The notes: generated by a model from the sequence alone, not told the origin. Numbered from the stretch's first letter, positions 18,467 to 27,989 are shown. The stretch: DNA of 64,000 bases from a bacterium (GCA_023133295.1 JAGLWT010000037.1:8638-72637); one strand, 5' to 3'. Program-made: numbers and translations.

Positions 18467-19726
18467 ATGTTAATCGAGTTTTCAGTATCTAACTGTTTTT
18501 CCTTTAAAGAAAAAGTTACCTTAAATATGGTTGCTGCGAGTTATAAGGATCTTAATGACCACAAATTTGATATTGGAAATGACATTTGTCTCCTTAAAAG
18601 CATCGCTATTTTTGGAAGTAATGCGAGTGGTAAAAGTAATTTGTTTAAAGCAATGTCTTTCTTCAGAAAATTTGTCATAAAATCTTCCGAGGGAAACAAA
18701 ACGACTGAAATTCCAATTAAGAAGTTTCGATTAGCAAAAGAAACAGTTAATTCCCCTTCTGAATTTGAAATTGTGGTAAATATTGAAGATGTATTCTATC
18801 GATACGGGTTTAAAATTAATAACCACGAAGTGATCGAAGAATGGCTATTGAGTGCCAAGAAGGAAAGAGAAACAAAGTTATTTGTTCGGAAAGATAAAAA
18901 TATTGATATTAAAAGTAAAAATTTTATTGAGGGAAAGGGGCTTGAAGAAAAAACAAGAAATAATTCATTATTTCTTTCAGTAGTTGCCCAATTTAATGGA
19001 GCGATTGCTAACAAACTTATGAATTGGTTCAATAATTTCAACCTAATCTCTGCAAGTAAAGAGGATTTTTCTGTTTACACATCAAGTTTATGCGAGAACG
19101 CTGAATTAAGAAAAGTTGTTGTACAATTCATGAAACAGGCAGATCTCCACATCGACGATATTCAAATTGAACAGGAAGTAGTAGAAGGAAACATCGGCAA
19201 ACATATACGCTCTCATAAATTACTTATGGAAAAGGATGGCTCACTTAAAATGTTAAAACTAAGTACCTTACACAAAGTATATGATAATGGGAAGATTTGT
19301 GGTAATGTCCATTTTGATATGGATACTGAAGAATCTGAAGGCACAAGGAAATTTTTCTCGCTTGTAGGACCAATTATTGACACATTAAGATATGGCAAAA
19401 CTTTGTTCATAGATGAGTTAGATAATAGTCTTCACCCTCTTCTTGTAGTATATCTTATAAAACTATTCAATTCTTCCGTTAACAAGAATAAGGCACAATT
19501 CATTTTTATCTCTCATGATAAAACACTATTTAATCAAGAGTATTTAAGAAGAGATCAGATTTGGATAACTGAAAAAGATAAGTTTCAGGCAACAAAACTA
19601 TTTTCATTGGAGGACTATAATCTCAGAAATGATTTGAAAATTGAAAAAAGTTACCTTGAAGGTCGTTTTGGTGGAATTCCTATTTTAGATAAACCTGAAA
19701 ATATAAAAAAACTTATATTCGGGTAA
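18467..19726 (+). CDS. AAA/ABC-type ATPase, AbiLi-like (second copy)
   Basis: 419-aa ORF with GSNASGKSNLFKAM and TLFIDELDNSLHP. It is collinear with the 8697-9968 product, at roughly half identical residues by eye. Confidence 0.8.
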   Translation: MLIEFSVSNCFSFKEKVTLNMVAASYKDLNDHKFDIGNDICLLKSIAIFGSNASGKSNLFKAMSFFRKFVIKSSEGNKTTEIPIKKFRLAKETVNSPSEFEIVVNIEDVFYRYGFKINNHEVIEEWLLSAKKERETKLFVRKDKNIDIKSKNFIEGKGLEEKTRNNSLFLSVVAQFNGAIANKLMNWFNNFNLISASKEDFSVYTSSLCENAELRKVVVQFMKQADLHIDDIQIEQEVVEGNIGKHIRSHKLLMEKDGSLKMLKLSTLHKVYDNGKICGNVHFDMDTEESEGTRKFFSLVGPIIDTLRYGKTLFIDELDNSLHPLLVVYLIKLFNSSVNKNKAQFIFISHDKTLFNQEYLRRDQIWITEKDKFQATKLFSLEDYNLRNDLKIEKSYLEGRFGGIPILDKPENIKKLIFG

Positions 19727-19729
19727 TGG

Positions 19730-20332
19730 ATGAATAAAAAACATACTCTACCTTACTTAAAAAAACGACCAGAAAGGAATGAAAGACTTAAAATTCTTAT
19801 CGTTACTCAAGGGGAAAAAACTGAATACAATTACTTTAATGATTTGAAAAGAATTGAACGGCTAACCAATGTTAGCGTTTCAATTAAACCAAAACCGAAA
19901 GATCCCAAGAAGATGATTCAAGCTATTTGTAAAATGAATGACATAGATTCTTATGATCGGATATGGTGTGTATTTGATATTGATGAATTTACAGAAAAAA
20001 ACATTGAAAAAGCCATCAGTGAAGCCGGAGAGAAGAAAATTAAAATTGTTTATAGCAATCAATGCTTTGAACTATGGTATCTTTTACATTATCATTTTTT
20101 CAACACTGCCATCTTGAGAAAGCAATATTTTTCTAAACTTAGTAAGCTCCTGGGAAATGAATACGAAAAGAATGCAGAGGATCTTTACGAAAAATTATCT
20201 AGCAAACAGCCAACCGCTATAAAAAACGCTAAGAGATTACTAAGTAAATATGCTTCAGATTCACCATTTAAGAATAATCCTTCCACAACTGTACACATTT
20301 TAGTAGAGGGATTAAAAAAGTATTCACCCTAA
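19730..20332 (+). CDS. RloB-like protein, AbiLii-like (second copy)
   Basis: 200-aa ORF with ILIVTQGEKTEYNYF, IWCVFDIDEF and IVYSNQCFELWYLLHY. Confidence 0.8.
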   Translation: MNKKHTLPYLKKRPERNERLKILIVTQGEKTEYNYFNDLKRIERLTNVSVSIKPKPKDPKKMIQAICKMNDIDSYDRIWCVFDIDEFTEKNIEKAISEAGEKKIKIVYSNQCFELWYLLHYHFFNTAILRKQYFSKLSKLLGNEYEKNAEDLYEKLSSKQPTAIKNAKRLLSKYASDSPFKNNPSTTVHILVEGLKKYSP

Positions 20333-20444
20333 TTCTGCTTAGGACTATGGTATATTGTTATTTTCCCCACACCTCATTAATTCGATCTATGATTTTTTGT
20401 TTAGGATTATTGCATAACATCGTAACAGCTTTCATTCTTGCTTC

Positions 20445-20473
20445 ATTATATAGTTATTTCAGAATTTCAACAA
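20445..20473 (-). promoter_or_regulatory. Orphan P2 promoter module (TTGTTG-17-TATAAT) pointing into the 3' end of the plus-strand RloB gene
   Basis: Same module as at 27700-27728 and 3261-3289. No minus-strand ORF follows it. Confidence 0.35.
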
Positions 20474-20525
20474 ATTCTGCATGGTATATTTCCATTCTTA
20501 TTCAAAATCCTCCCTGTTATCGTTC

Positions 20526-20619
20526 TACTACTTTGCAAAAACATTTTCAAATTGACTTAATAACTTGGAGAATTTTAAAAGGCATTTTGCAACAAATGCA
20601 ACTACCGCCCCCAAGTTCC
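20526..20619 (-). repeat. G+P module copy (-10 TAGAAC)
   Basis: ctactactttgcaaaaacattttcaaattgacttaataacttggagaattttaaaaggcattttgcaacaaatgcaactaccgcccccaagtt. Confidence 0.7.
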
Positions 20620-20633
20620 TTTGACAGTAATAG

Positions 20634-20915
20634 CTAGTCTTTCACAGGTACTAAATCGCTTTCCCAAGCCTCGAATACCTCCTCTTCCGGTTTGTTATTA
20701 CAGTCATAACACATTGGAAGTATATATTCCTTTCCCCCTTCACCTACTTTTATGACATGCCCTCCAACATCTGGAGATCCATCACATCCTTTAACTTCAC
20801 AAGTTGTAGCTTTCTTCCCTTTCTTCTTTTCCCAAAAATCCAACCAGCTTGTATACCCATCTGGTGGTTTTTTCCCTGCTGTTCCTTTTTTGTTCTTAAC
20901 TTCAATAAAACTCAT
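20634..20915 (-). CDS. Small Cys-rich (zinc-binding, HNH-like?) protein
   Basis: 93-aa ORF with C-x4-C...GGHV...C-x2-C spacing (TTCEVKGCDG...GGHVIKV...PMCYDCNN). Confidence 0.45.
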   Translation of the reverse strand: MSFIEVKNKKGTAGKKPPDGYTSWLDFWEKKKGKKATTCEVKGCDGSPDVGGHVIKVGEGGKEYILPMCYDCNNKPEEEVFEAWESDLVPVKD

Positions 20916-20924
20916 TTTTACCTC

Positions 20925-21065
20925 CTATCCTACTTTGACAAATTTTGTATTATTGCATATTGAGCATGGTGGAAGAGTATCTGTTCTATCATCCAAAACG
21001 ACAATTTTTCCGCATTTGGTACATTTGTACCTACCTTTCCCTGGCTTTTCACCTGTTGTTGGCAT
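20925..21065 (-). CDS. Zinc-ribbon mini-protein (46 aa), not in the ORF track
   Basis: My translation: MPTTGEKPGKGRYKCTKCGKIVVLDDRTDTLPPCSICNNTKFVKVG*. It has two CxxC pairs and 9-nt gaps to both neighbouring genes. Confidence 0.45.
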   Translation of the reverse strand: MPTTGEKPGKGRYKCTKCGKIVVLDDRTDTLPPCSICNNTKFVKVG

Positions 21066-21074
21066 AATTATCTC

Positions 21075-21440
21075 CTATATTAATGGCAATGATCTAGGAG
21101 TTGTTGAGTCAGATATCAAGTGCGTAGCATATCCCGCACCCAATCCATACAATGCCATTTTTATGCTTTCATTTTTAATATTACTAATTTTCAAACTCAT
21201 GCCTCCCAATGCACCAGAACAAGTAAGACTGTGAAAAAATTTTCTATGGTGCGGGTTTTTGGCTGGTTCGAGGATATCGGGTAATGCACTTCCAATGTAA
21301 GCAGTTACAATAAATAGCAACGCATTTCCAAAATCTTTTAGTGCGACATCTTCATCATTGATTAATTTGTTACCAATATATACCGCAGCACCTCCAAAAC
21401 CAGCGATTAATCCTAGTTGTAAGTGTTCTCTTCTATTCAT
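21075..21440 (-). CDS. YdjM/DUF457-type membrane-bound metal-dependent hydrolase
   Basis: 121-aa ORF with SALPDILEPAKNPHHRKFFHS and ATHLISDSTTPRSLPL. Confidence 0.65.
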   Translation of the reverse strand: MNRREHLQLGLIAGFGGAAVYIGNKLINDEDVALKDFGNALLFIVTAYIGSALPDILEPAKNPHHRKFFHSLTCSGALGGMSLKISNIKNESIKMALYGLGAGYATHLISDSTTPRSLPLI

Positions 21441-21455
21441 TGTTCCTTTTCAGAC

Positions 21456-21713
21456 TTACCCCTTATCATTTATATTATACTTGGGATTCTTACCTTTATG
21501 AGTTTGACGATATGTCGTTAAAGATTTTTCCTCCCACTGTTTTGCAGAGCCTCGAGTAACTTTAGATCCTACCTTGTTAACTGAAGAAAACTTCTTTCCA
21601 CCTGCTTCGTGCTCATTGACTCGTCTTTCAAGATCGTTAGTTATACCTCTATAGACTACTTTCCTTCCTTGCCTTAATTCATACTTTTCATAATCTCGCT
21701 TTTTATTAGCCAT
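21456..21713 (-). CDS. Minimal GIY-YIG-like protein
   Basis: 85-aa ORF with YELRQGRKVVYRGITNDLERRVNEHE. Confidence 0.5.
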   Translation of the reverse strand: MANKKRDYEKYELRQGRKVVYRGITNDLERRVNEHEAGGKKFSSVNKVGSKVTRGSAKQWEEKSLTTYRQTHKGKNPKYNINDKG

Positions 21714-22107
21714 TTTTCTTACCTCTGTGTTTATAATAACTTTCTATTCTGGCTCTATCCTCATTTTCCTGATCGCCTTTGAAATAGATCTGAATAAATT
21801 CGATTTTGTTCGCTTCTTTATAATATGCGTATATAACTCTAATACCGCTACTTGAGCCTCTTCCCTTCAATGATCTGCACGCAAATTTCCGTGCCTTATA
21901 TATTACAGGCGTGACAATTCCCAATCCTGAGATCTTTACAATCCCCCCATTATCCATATGATCATTGTGGAATAGTTTCAATTGCGTTTCTATGAATGTT
22001 TTAAAATCACTCGGGAGTGTTTTCTGCTTTCGTTTAAGTTTATTGAATTCTTTCGTAAATTCCGGTAGTTCCTTTACTTCATCAAATGTGTTCATCGTCG
22101 GAATCAT
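21706..22107 (-). CDS. RelE/ParE-superfamily-like toxin
   Basis: 133-aa ORF with ...KARKFACRSLKGRGSSSGIRVIYAYYKEANKIEFIQIYFKGDQEN. It overlaps the upstream antitoxin gene. Confidence 0.55.
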   Translation of the reverse strand: MIPTMNTFDEVKELPEFTKEFNKLKRKQKTLPSDFKTFIETQLKLFHNDHMDNGGIVKISGLGIVTPVIYKARKFACRSLKGRGSSSGIRVIYAYYKEANKIEFIQIYFKGDQENEDRARIESYYKHRGKKNG

Positions 22108-22906
22108 CTCTCACTGAAAATTCAGGTGTTCTATAAAACACTTTTTCATATTCAATAACTTCCTCATCTTCAGTAGTCAACCACGGTACATCTCTGTGTG
22201 ATATTTCTGAAAGTTGTTTTGCATTCATATCTGAATACTTGTCAAGCACTTCGTCAATAAGCTTAATTTCGTGAGCCATTAATTTTCTCAAGTTAGGTTT
22301 GCGTAAAGCAAGATACTTTTTCTGATTATATTTAGCATATTTAGATGGCAATTTGACTATCTCTTTTTGCTCTTCCATCATATCAACTATTTTCTTAAAC
22401 TCAATAGGCGTGGGTCCATATTTATTTTTCTGATAAATAGCTCCTATTAGTTGTTCCTCATATTTCTCGAAAAAGTTAAAATCTGCAAAATACAACAGTT
22501 TATATATTACTGTCTGCCCAACATTTTCTTTTGAGCCTACTTGATTCAAGATATATAACAGGACCTCTTTGAATTTGGCGACATTTTGAATTGGAATTTC
22601 TCGAATTTCCGGTTCATTCGATTTTTGATGCTTTTCTTCTTTTTGGAGAATGACTTGCGTTTCCCTAGCGAGATCAAGAATAATGTCAGTCGAAGTAAAG
22701 AATATTTCAGATAGCATCCTAAGTTCATTTGCGCAAACTTTACGCTTTCCCATCTCTAGTTGAGCCAGAGCCGAACGGCTTATATTAATTCTCTTTGCTA
22801 GCTCTTCTTGCGACATATCGTTCTCCTCACGCATCATTTTTATTTTCCGACCAAGGCTCTTATAGAATTTCTCCACTCTATCCTCCACTCTGGTGCAGTA
22901 TAACAT
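22082..22906 (-). CDS. XRE-HTH plus Panacea/SocA (DUF4065) domain antitoxin
   Basis: 274-aa ORF. The HTH is MSQEELAKRINISRSALAQLEMGKRK. The Panacea-like segment is YKLLYFADFNFFEKYEEQLIGAIYQKNKYGPTP. Confidence 0.7.
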   Translation of the reverse strand: MLYCTRVEDRVEKFYKSLGRKIKMMREENDMSQEELAKRINISRSALAQLEMGKRKVCANELRMLSEIFFTSTDIILDLARETQVILQKEEKHQKSNEPEIREIPIQNVAKFKEVLLYILNQVGSKENVGQTVIYKLLYFADFNFFEKYEEQLIGAIYQKNKYGPTPIEFKKIVDMMEEQKEIVKLPSKYAKYNQKKYLALRKPNLRKLMAHEIKLIDEVLDKYSDMNAKQLSEISHRDVPWLTTEDEEVIEYEKVFYRTPEFSVRDDSDDEHI

Positions 22907-23157
22907 ATGTTCGATAATAAATCAAGTAGTTGTTCTAATTTCCAACAACCGCTTTATTTAGTAAGTATTTGATAATCAAATCTATCGATTCTAAACGACT
23001 ACAGATATGTGGATTCTGGGATGATTGGAAGACTCAATCCGCTCTTCACCAAGTGAAAGAAGTGAAACACCGTCCCCCATCTCCAAAAAAAACTTGACAT
23101 TGGAAATAATAAAATGATAAAACGCTATATATGAAAAGGCATAAAATAGAAATAAGG

Positions 23158-23271
23158 AAAGGACAGATTGATATACAGGAATTATTGGGACATAAAATGG
23201 AGACAACAATGATTTATACACATGTGATTAATCAAGGAGGAAAAGGGGTAAGGAGCCCTGCAGATTTTTAG
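23158..23271 (+). pseudogene. intI: Integron-integrase-type tyrosine recombinase, C-terminal ~35 codons only
   Basis: Translation: [36 protein letters not shown]. This is the catalytic-Tyr box (LLGH...TTMIYTHV) plus the GG.GVRSP tail typical of IntI. Upstream sequence is unrelated repeat-module DNA. Confidence 0.65.
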
Positions 23272-23299
23272 TATATGTTGCTCAAGCGAGCAACATATA
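23272..23299. other. Perfect 12-bp stem hairpin immediately after the intI remnant stop
   Basis: tatatgttgctc-aagc-gagcaacatata. No U-tract follows, so a terminator role is uncertain. Confidence 0.5.
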
Positions 23300-23460
23300 C
23301 AAACTAAGAAAGAAGGAGGAAATATGTGTAATATAACTAATAATAAACAATTAAACAAAATAAGCGATATGAGTGTAGGTAGTCGGAAAGAGCAACATTT
23401 GCTATTTTCATTAGTACACCTAATCTTATGTTCGACGAAAATGATGATTAGAGGATAATT

Positions 23461-23886
23461 ATGAATATCTTTGTAAAAATACTGTCTCGGTTCAAGCCTT
23501 CTATCAGAATAGGCAGTGATGGGACTCCTGTCTTTTCCATTGACTTCCAAGAATCTCTCACTGCTGTCAAGGTCGACGAAAGAATTGCCAATCTGTCTAA
23601 GGTACATCACGACCTCCTTGAAGCTGCCCAAGCGACAGAGCAGCTTCATCAGGAGGCTATTGCAACAAAAGAAGATCTCTCCACTCTGAGAGATAGAGTC
23701 GAGCGCCTAAATAAAGACAAGAAAACATCTGAAACTGTATTGAGTCTTGACCAGGAGTCCCTCGCACGGCTGTTGGCTGATGCGAACAAACTACTAAAAG
23801 GAAGAAGCGTACTCGTTGGTATCCTCATTGGTCTTATAACGGGATTCCTCTCTAGTTGGGCAGTCTGGTATTTGACTTCTCAGTGA
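23461..23886 (+). CDS. Integron cassette ORF: coiled-coil protein with a C-terminal TM helix, function unknown
   Basis: 141-aa ORF, visibly more GC-rich than its surroundings, followed 4 nt later by a canonical attC. Confidence 0.55.
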   Translation: MNIFVKILSRFKPSIRIGSDGTPVFSIDFQESLTAVKVDERIANLSKVHHDLLEAAQATEQLHQEAIATKEDLSTLRDRVERLNKDKKTSETVLSLDQESLARLLADANKLLKGRSVLVGILIGLITGFLSSWAVWYLTSQ

Positions 23887-23889
23887 AAC

Positions 23890-23962
23890 ATCTAACAATG
23901 GCATTCACTCGGACGGCCATTCCGCTACGCTTCATGTCCGCCTGTGATGCCAAGCGTTAGGC
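23890..23962 (+). other. attC recombination site (73 nt)
   Basis: R'' is ATCTAAC (23890-23896) and R' is GTTAGGC (23956-23962). L'' AATGGCATTCAC pairs with L' GTGATGCCAAGC, leaving one unpaired T. There is a central CGGAC...GTCCG stem. Confidence 0.7.
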
Positions 23963-24354
23963 TTCGAGATCAAGATATAAATGTGAATGATTTTTAACCT
24001 GATAAAATATCATGGAAATCCGGGGACGATTGTCCCATACCATGCAAGTAGCTACGGGATAAATTGCATTTGTTGCATTTTTAGTGTTCAAATCTCAAAT
24101 ACCTCCATTCTCAACCGTTTTATTATATCACACATTGAATTGAAATCAAATCCAATTTTCTTGGCTGATCGAAATGTTCTCTCCCCACACCTTATGCCCT
24201 ATGCATAGTTATTTATTGAAAGGAAACAATCAATTTTGAAACTTCTGCAACGTCCCAATTTTCCCCAAGTGACAGAAGTGAAACACCGTCCCAGATTTTC
24301 TCCCAGTCAAACAGTCAAACGACTGTCGTACTATGGAAATGCCCTTTCTGAATT

Positions 24355-24396
24355 CTCAATTTAGGTAAAAAGTAAAGATCCGATACCATATCCCTA
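24355..24396 (+). repeat. Module T copy, 3 nt beyond the stop of the KAP NTPase gene
   Basis: ctcaatttaggtaaaaagtaaagatccgataccatatccctat. Confidence 0.8.
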
Positions 24397-24398
24397 TT

Positions 24399-27300
24399 CT
24401 ATCCTTTTGCTTGATTTTCGTCACTTTTCGCTTTTTTCCTTCTATATTTGAATTTATAGGTCTTCTCAAGGAAGTTTTGAAGATCTTTCCTTCTTACATT
24501 GTCATTAATCAATTTAGGTAATTCTTTTAGTCTAATCCTCTGTCTTTGACCAAAATATTTCTTTTGAATACTGTCCAAAATCGCTTGTACGCTTTTAATA
24601 TATGTACCATCATTAATACTTATTAACCCTTCCAATGCTGATAATAACAATCCATTAATTTCAGGCTCGAATAGCGACTGATATTCTAGAAAGGCATCCG
24701 TTGTTTCAACATAAAGAATAATTTCTCTAGCTGGCTTAGTGAAAACTTCCTGTATTTTAATATTGATTTTTGTCTTGAATAGTGCCTCTCCCAATATATT
24801 TTGAATAAAGGATAATGCCTTTCCACCTGCCTTTCTTAAATAGATATTTGAGTGAGTCGACAAATTAAAAATATAATCTGCTACAACTGTTTCGTCACCG
24901 AAGAGTTTAGATTTTTTAGATAGAAGTCCTAGGAAATGATTGACTTTTTGAGGCTCTGTTTGACTGATGCTATTCACAATGCTGTATACCTTGCTCTTAT
25001 ACCAATTATACATTTGTTCATTGTCAATTAAATCATTAAGGATCAATTCAAGTTCCATAATCTTGTTGAAACTCAGATTGATACTAGCATTAATAATTGC
25101 TTGTTTTTGTTGGTCTGAAAACGGAAAGTGATTTGTTATTAATGTATCGATCTTGTGAGTAAATGTATCGTTGTTAATATTCGCAATAAACCTGTTCACT
25201 GTATATTTGACCATAGAACTATTCAATCGATCCCACCAACTATCTTCCTTTATTTTTTGCATATTTAGTATAAATCTAATGCTCTCTTCAAAAGTTTCAT
25301 TTGAACTAAGAGAAATTAAGTTTCCCGAATCATCATATCGCCTATCATTATCACTAGAATAGTAGCACGCTATGAGAAAGGGAATAATAATTATATTTCT
25401 ATCAATTTCCTTAAATTTATTATAAATTTTCTGGAGGTTCTCAGAGATATTAGAAAATTCCTTGTGAGAATTGAAAGAAAAGGCTCCTATCAATGTAAAA
25501 TAATTATTAATATTTTCATTTGGTTCAGTATTCTGTTTAGCTGACCAGTATTGAAATGCTAATGCCATTTGAGAAATAACGGCTTGCTCAATGCTATCAT
25601 CCCAATATTTTTTCATAACAATCACCCTCTTTCTAAAATTCTTCATAGGAGTGCTGTCTGTCTTTAAATATTCTTTTATACATCTTACAATCATATCCTG
25701 ATCAAATATCCTGTGTTTGCTCTCAATCCACTTTTCATTGGCATTAATTTCTGTTCCAACGAGAACATCCATTAACCATTCATTGTCATCAATAAGCACC
25801 AAAGTTTCATCAATTCTAGTAGCTACGCTTTTTCTAAAATGCATAGCATGATTAGAATAAAATAAAGATAGAAATTCTGCGATAGTCTCGGGAAAGATAT
25901 CGGGCGTAATAAGAGAAATGCCCTTATTAAGATACTCCTCTAGAAAGTTTTGGTTTTCTGAATTTTCGGCTAAACTAATAATATCTTTTATCATAAACTC
26001 GAATATTTTATCGCTCTCCAATATACTACTAACAATTAGTTTTGAATACATTTTCTTAAGACTATAATCAGATACTTGTTCTTTGTATACGTATATTGCT
26101 GATTGTAATAAATTCAGAAGCAAAGTTCCTACAGGTTTTTTATAAAACTGGTCTTGAAATACATTTAGGATACTTCGCAGAATCGGTATGTTTTTTATAT
26201 CCAGCAACTTAAGCACTTCAATTGAATATGATCTGATTGCTTCTAATAAATTAGTATAATCAGGAATCATCAGGGCATATTTGGGATATTTTTGGAAGAT
26301 GAGAGAATTCAAGTCTTTGACATTAATAGTTCTAGTTTCCCAAAGGAACTTGTTGAAACTCCTTTCAGTCTTCGTAAATTTTCCACCCAGAAATCCCTTT
26401 GATTTAATCGCTCTAGCTTGATAGTTTTCCATAATCGTATGCTCATCTATGATTTCTTGATAGAATGTTGGAAAAACGAATTCAATTACTTTAAGTTTAG
26501 CAATTTCATCAACGATTTCAAAAGGATCATGAGCAAAAACCTGTTGCTCTTCCCTTTCCGTCAACATAAATAATGTCGTTTTAATGTTATTCAAATAGTG
26601 TTTGAGTTTTCTGGGAGTGTCAAACCCTCCATAGTAGGCGATATTCATTACTTCTTCTGGTAATCCTATTTTTGTAGATATTTCCCTTCCGTAGTCAATT
26701 AAATCCGAATTTGTTATTACATTCATTCTAAGAAATACATCAAAGAATTTTGTCAATTCTTGAATATTATCATATTTACCGGAACGCTCTTTACTTAGGA
26801 TATCTGCTACTGCGTGACCATCCATAGTAATAATGAAAAAACATCTTTTATATGTTTCAAGATCAGAGTCATTTGAAGCAAGGAATGTCTTAATCGAATC
26901 CAGAACATTCAATATCATTTCATGAGAACACCTATCTATATCGTCAATGACAAAGATATATTTCTCACTGTCGCTTCCCGTATCTTCAATAATACGAATA
27001 AATTCCTCCTCAAAGTGTTCAGGTAAGATAATCTGAGGATCTACTTTCAGCTCAAATAACTTTGGGAATATTTTTCCTATGAGAGTGTTTAATACAAAAC
27101 TACCAGATAATAATGGAAGAAAGGATAACATTAACGCCCAGAAAGACTTATTTATAAAACCGTAAATCATAAAACCAGGTATTAAAGCAATGCAAACAGC
27201 AATAAAAACAACAGCGATAAATGCCACTAACGATTTAGTACTTGATTTAATGGTTTCAAAGCTATCTGTTAGGTGGAACTCCTTTTCTAATTCCCTGATG

Positions 27301-27683
27301 AATCTTAGATTGAGTTGTTTTGTATATTGTTCTCTCTTCTTTCCTTTTAAGATATCGTTCGCAGCTTGAATCAAGAATTGTCTACGAAAACAATCATCAG
27401 CATATTTCCATGCATTGAAATATGATAATGTAAATTGCCTACCAAAACTATCTTCTTGCTTAGCGTATTGTTTAAACTTGTTAATAACAGAAGATTTCCC
27501 ACTTCCCCACGGACCCAATAATCCAATCACGAACGGAGCATTATTGGAATTGTCTAAAATTATGGATTTTAAAGTACTTGCGATAGCTTCATGATCAAAT
27601 GGATCCGTTTCATTATCTGCCCCGTGAAAAGCCGGGACATCTTTAAGTAAGTTTAAATCAAAACCATTTTTCTTCTTTGACAT
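24399..27683 (-). CDS. KAP-family P-loop NTPase
   Basis: 1094-aa ORF with Walker A GLLGPWGSGKSSVINKF, two or more TM helices inserted after the P-loop (VAFIAVVFIAVCIALIPGFMIYGF...) and Walker B IFVIDDIDRC. Confidence 0.8.
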   Translation of the reverse strand: MSKKKNGFDLNLLKDVPAFHGADNETDPFDHEAIASTLKSIILDNSNNAPFVIGLLGPWGSGKSSVINKFKQYAKQEDSFGRQFTLSYFNAWKYADDCFRRQFLIQAANDILKGKKREQYTKQLNLRFIRELEKEFHLTDSFETIKSSTKSLVAFIAVVFIAVCIALIPGFMIYGFINKSFWALMLSFLPLLSGSFVLNTLIGKIFPKLFELKVDPQIILPEHFEEEFIRIIEDTGSDSEKYIFVIDDIDRCSHEMILNVLDSIKTFLASNDSDLETYKRCFFIITMDGHAVADILSKERSGKYDNIQELTKFFDVFLRMNVITNSDLIDYGREISTKIGLPEEVMNIAYYGGFDTPRKLKHYLNNIKTTLFMLTEREEQQVFAHDPFEIVDEIAKLKVIEFVFPTFYQEIIDEHTIMENYQARAIKSKGFLGGKFTKTERSFNKFLWETRTINVKDLNSLIFQKYPKYALMIPDYTNLLEAIRSYSIEVLKLLDIKNIPILRSILNVFQDQFYKKPVGTLLLNLLQSAIYVYKEQVSDYSLKKMYSKLIVSSILESDKIFEFMIKDIISLAENSENQNFLEEYLNKGISLITPDIFPETIAEFLSLFYSNHAMHFRKSVATRIDETLVLIDDNEWLMDVLVGTEINANEKWIESKHRIFDQDMIVRCIKEYLKTDSTPMKNFRKRVIVMKKYWDDSIEQAVISQMALAFQYWSAKQNTEPNENINNYFTLIGAFSFNSHKEFSNISENLQKIYNKFKEIDRNIIIIPFLIACYYSSDNDRRYDDSGNLISLSSNETFEESIRFILNMQKIKEDSWWDRLNSSMVKYTVNRFIANINNDTFTHKIDTLITNHFPFSDQQKQAIINASINLSFNKIMELELILNDLIDNEQMYNWYKSKVYSIVNSISQTEPQKVNHFLGLLSKKSKLFGDETVVADYIFNLSTHSNIYLRKAGGKALSFIQNILGEALFKTKINIKIQEVFTKPAREIILYVETTDAFLEYQSLFEPEINGLLLSALEGLISINDGTYIKSVQAILDSIQKKYFGQRQRIRLKELPKLINDNVRRKDLQNFLEKTYKFKYRRKKAKSDENQAKG

Positions 27684-27699
27684 CTTTCATTCTTGCTTC

Positions 27700-27728
27700 A
27701 TTATATAGTTATTTCAGAATTTCTACAA
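27700..27728 (-). promoter_or_regulatory. Promoter module P2 (TTGTAG-17-TATAAT)
   Basis: -35 is at 27728-27723 and -10 at 27705-27700, only 17 nt upstream of the KAP ATG at 27683. Confidence 0.55.
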
Positions 27729-27989
27729 ATTCTGCATAGTATATATCCATTCTTTTTCTAAATCACCCTTATTATCGTTCTACTGCTTTGCAAATATATT
27801 TTCAACTAATTGGACTTTGGACCTGAGAGACTGGGACACTGGGCTACTGGATCACTGGGCTACTTACTACCGTTGTACTGTTGAAATGCCCTCTCAGAAT
27901 TCTCAATTTAGGTAAAAAGGAAAGACACGGTACCCTATCGGCACCCTATTCTCCGATTCGCGCTCATTGTTAAAACAAAATGCACTGGA

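Noticed and set aside
23324-23458. 44-codon ORF (MCNITNNKQLNKISDMSVGSRKEQHLLFSL...) with a strong AGGAGG SD just upstream of the cassette ORF.
   Set aside because: The SD is good, but the product is short and has no recognisable features, and I cannot assess conservation. Not called as a feature. Ribosome profiling or homologue comparison could revive it.
23182-23649. 155-aa minus-strand ORF spanning the intI remnant and the cassette start.
   Set aside because: It is antisense to the recognisable IntI C-terminal coding remnant and to the cassette ORF. It has no motif or start context. It is probably spurious.
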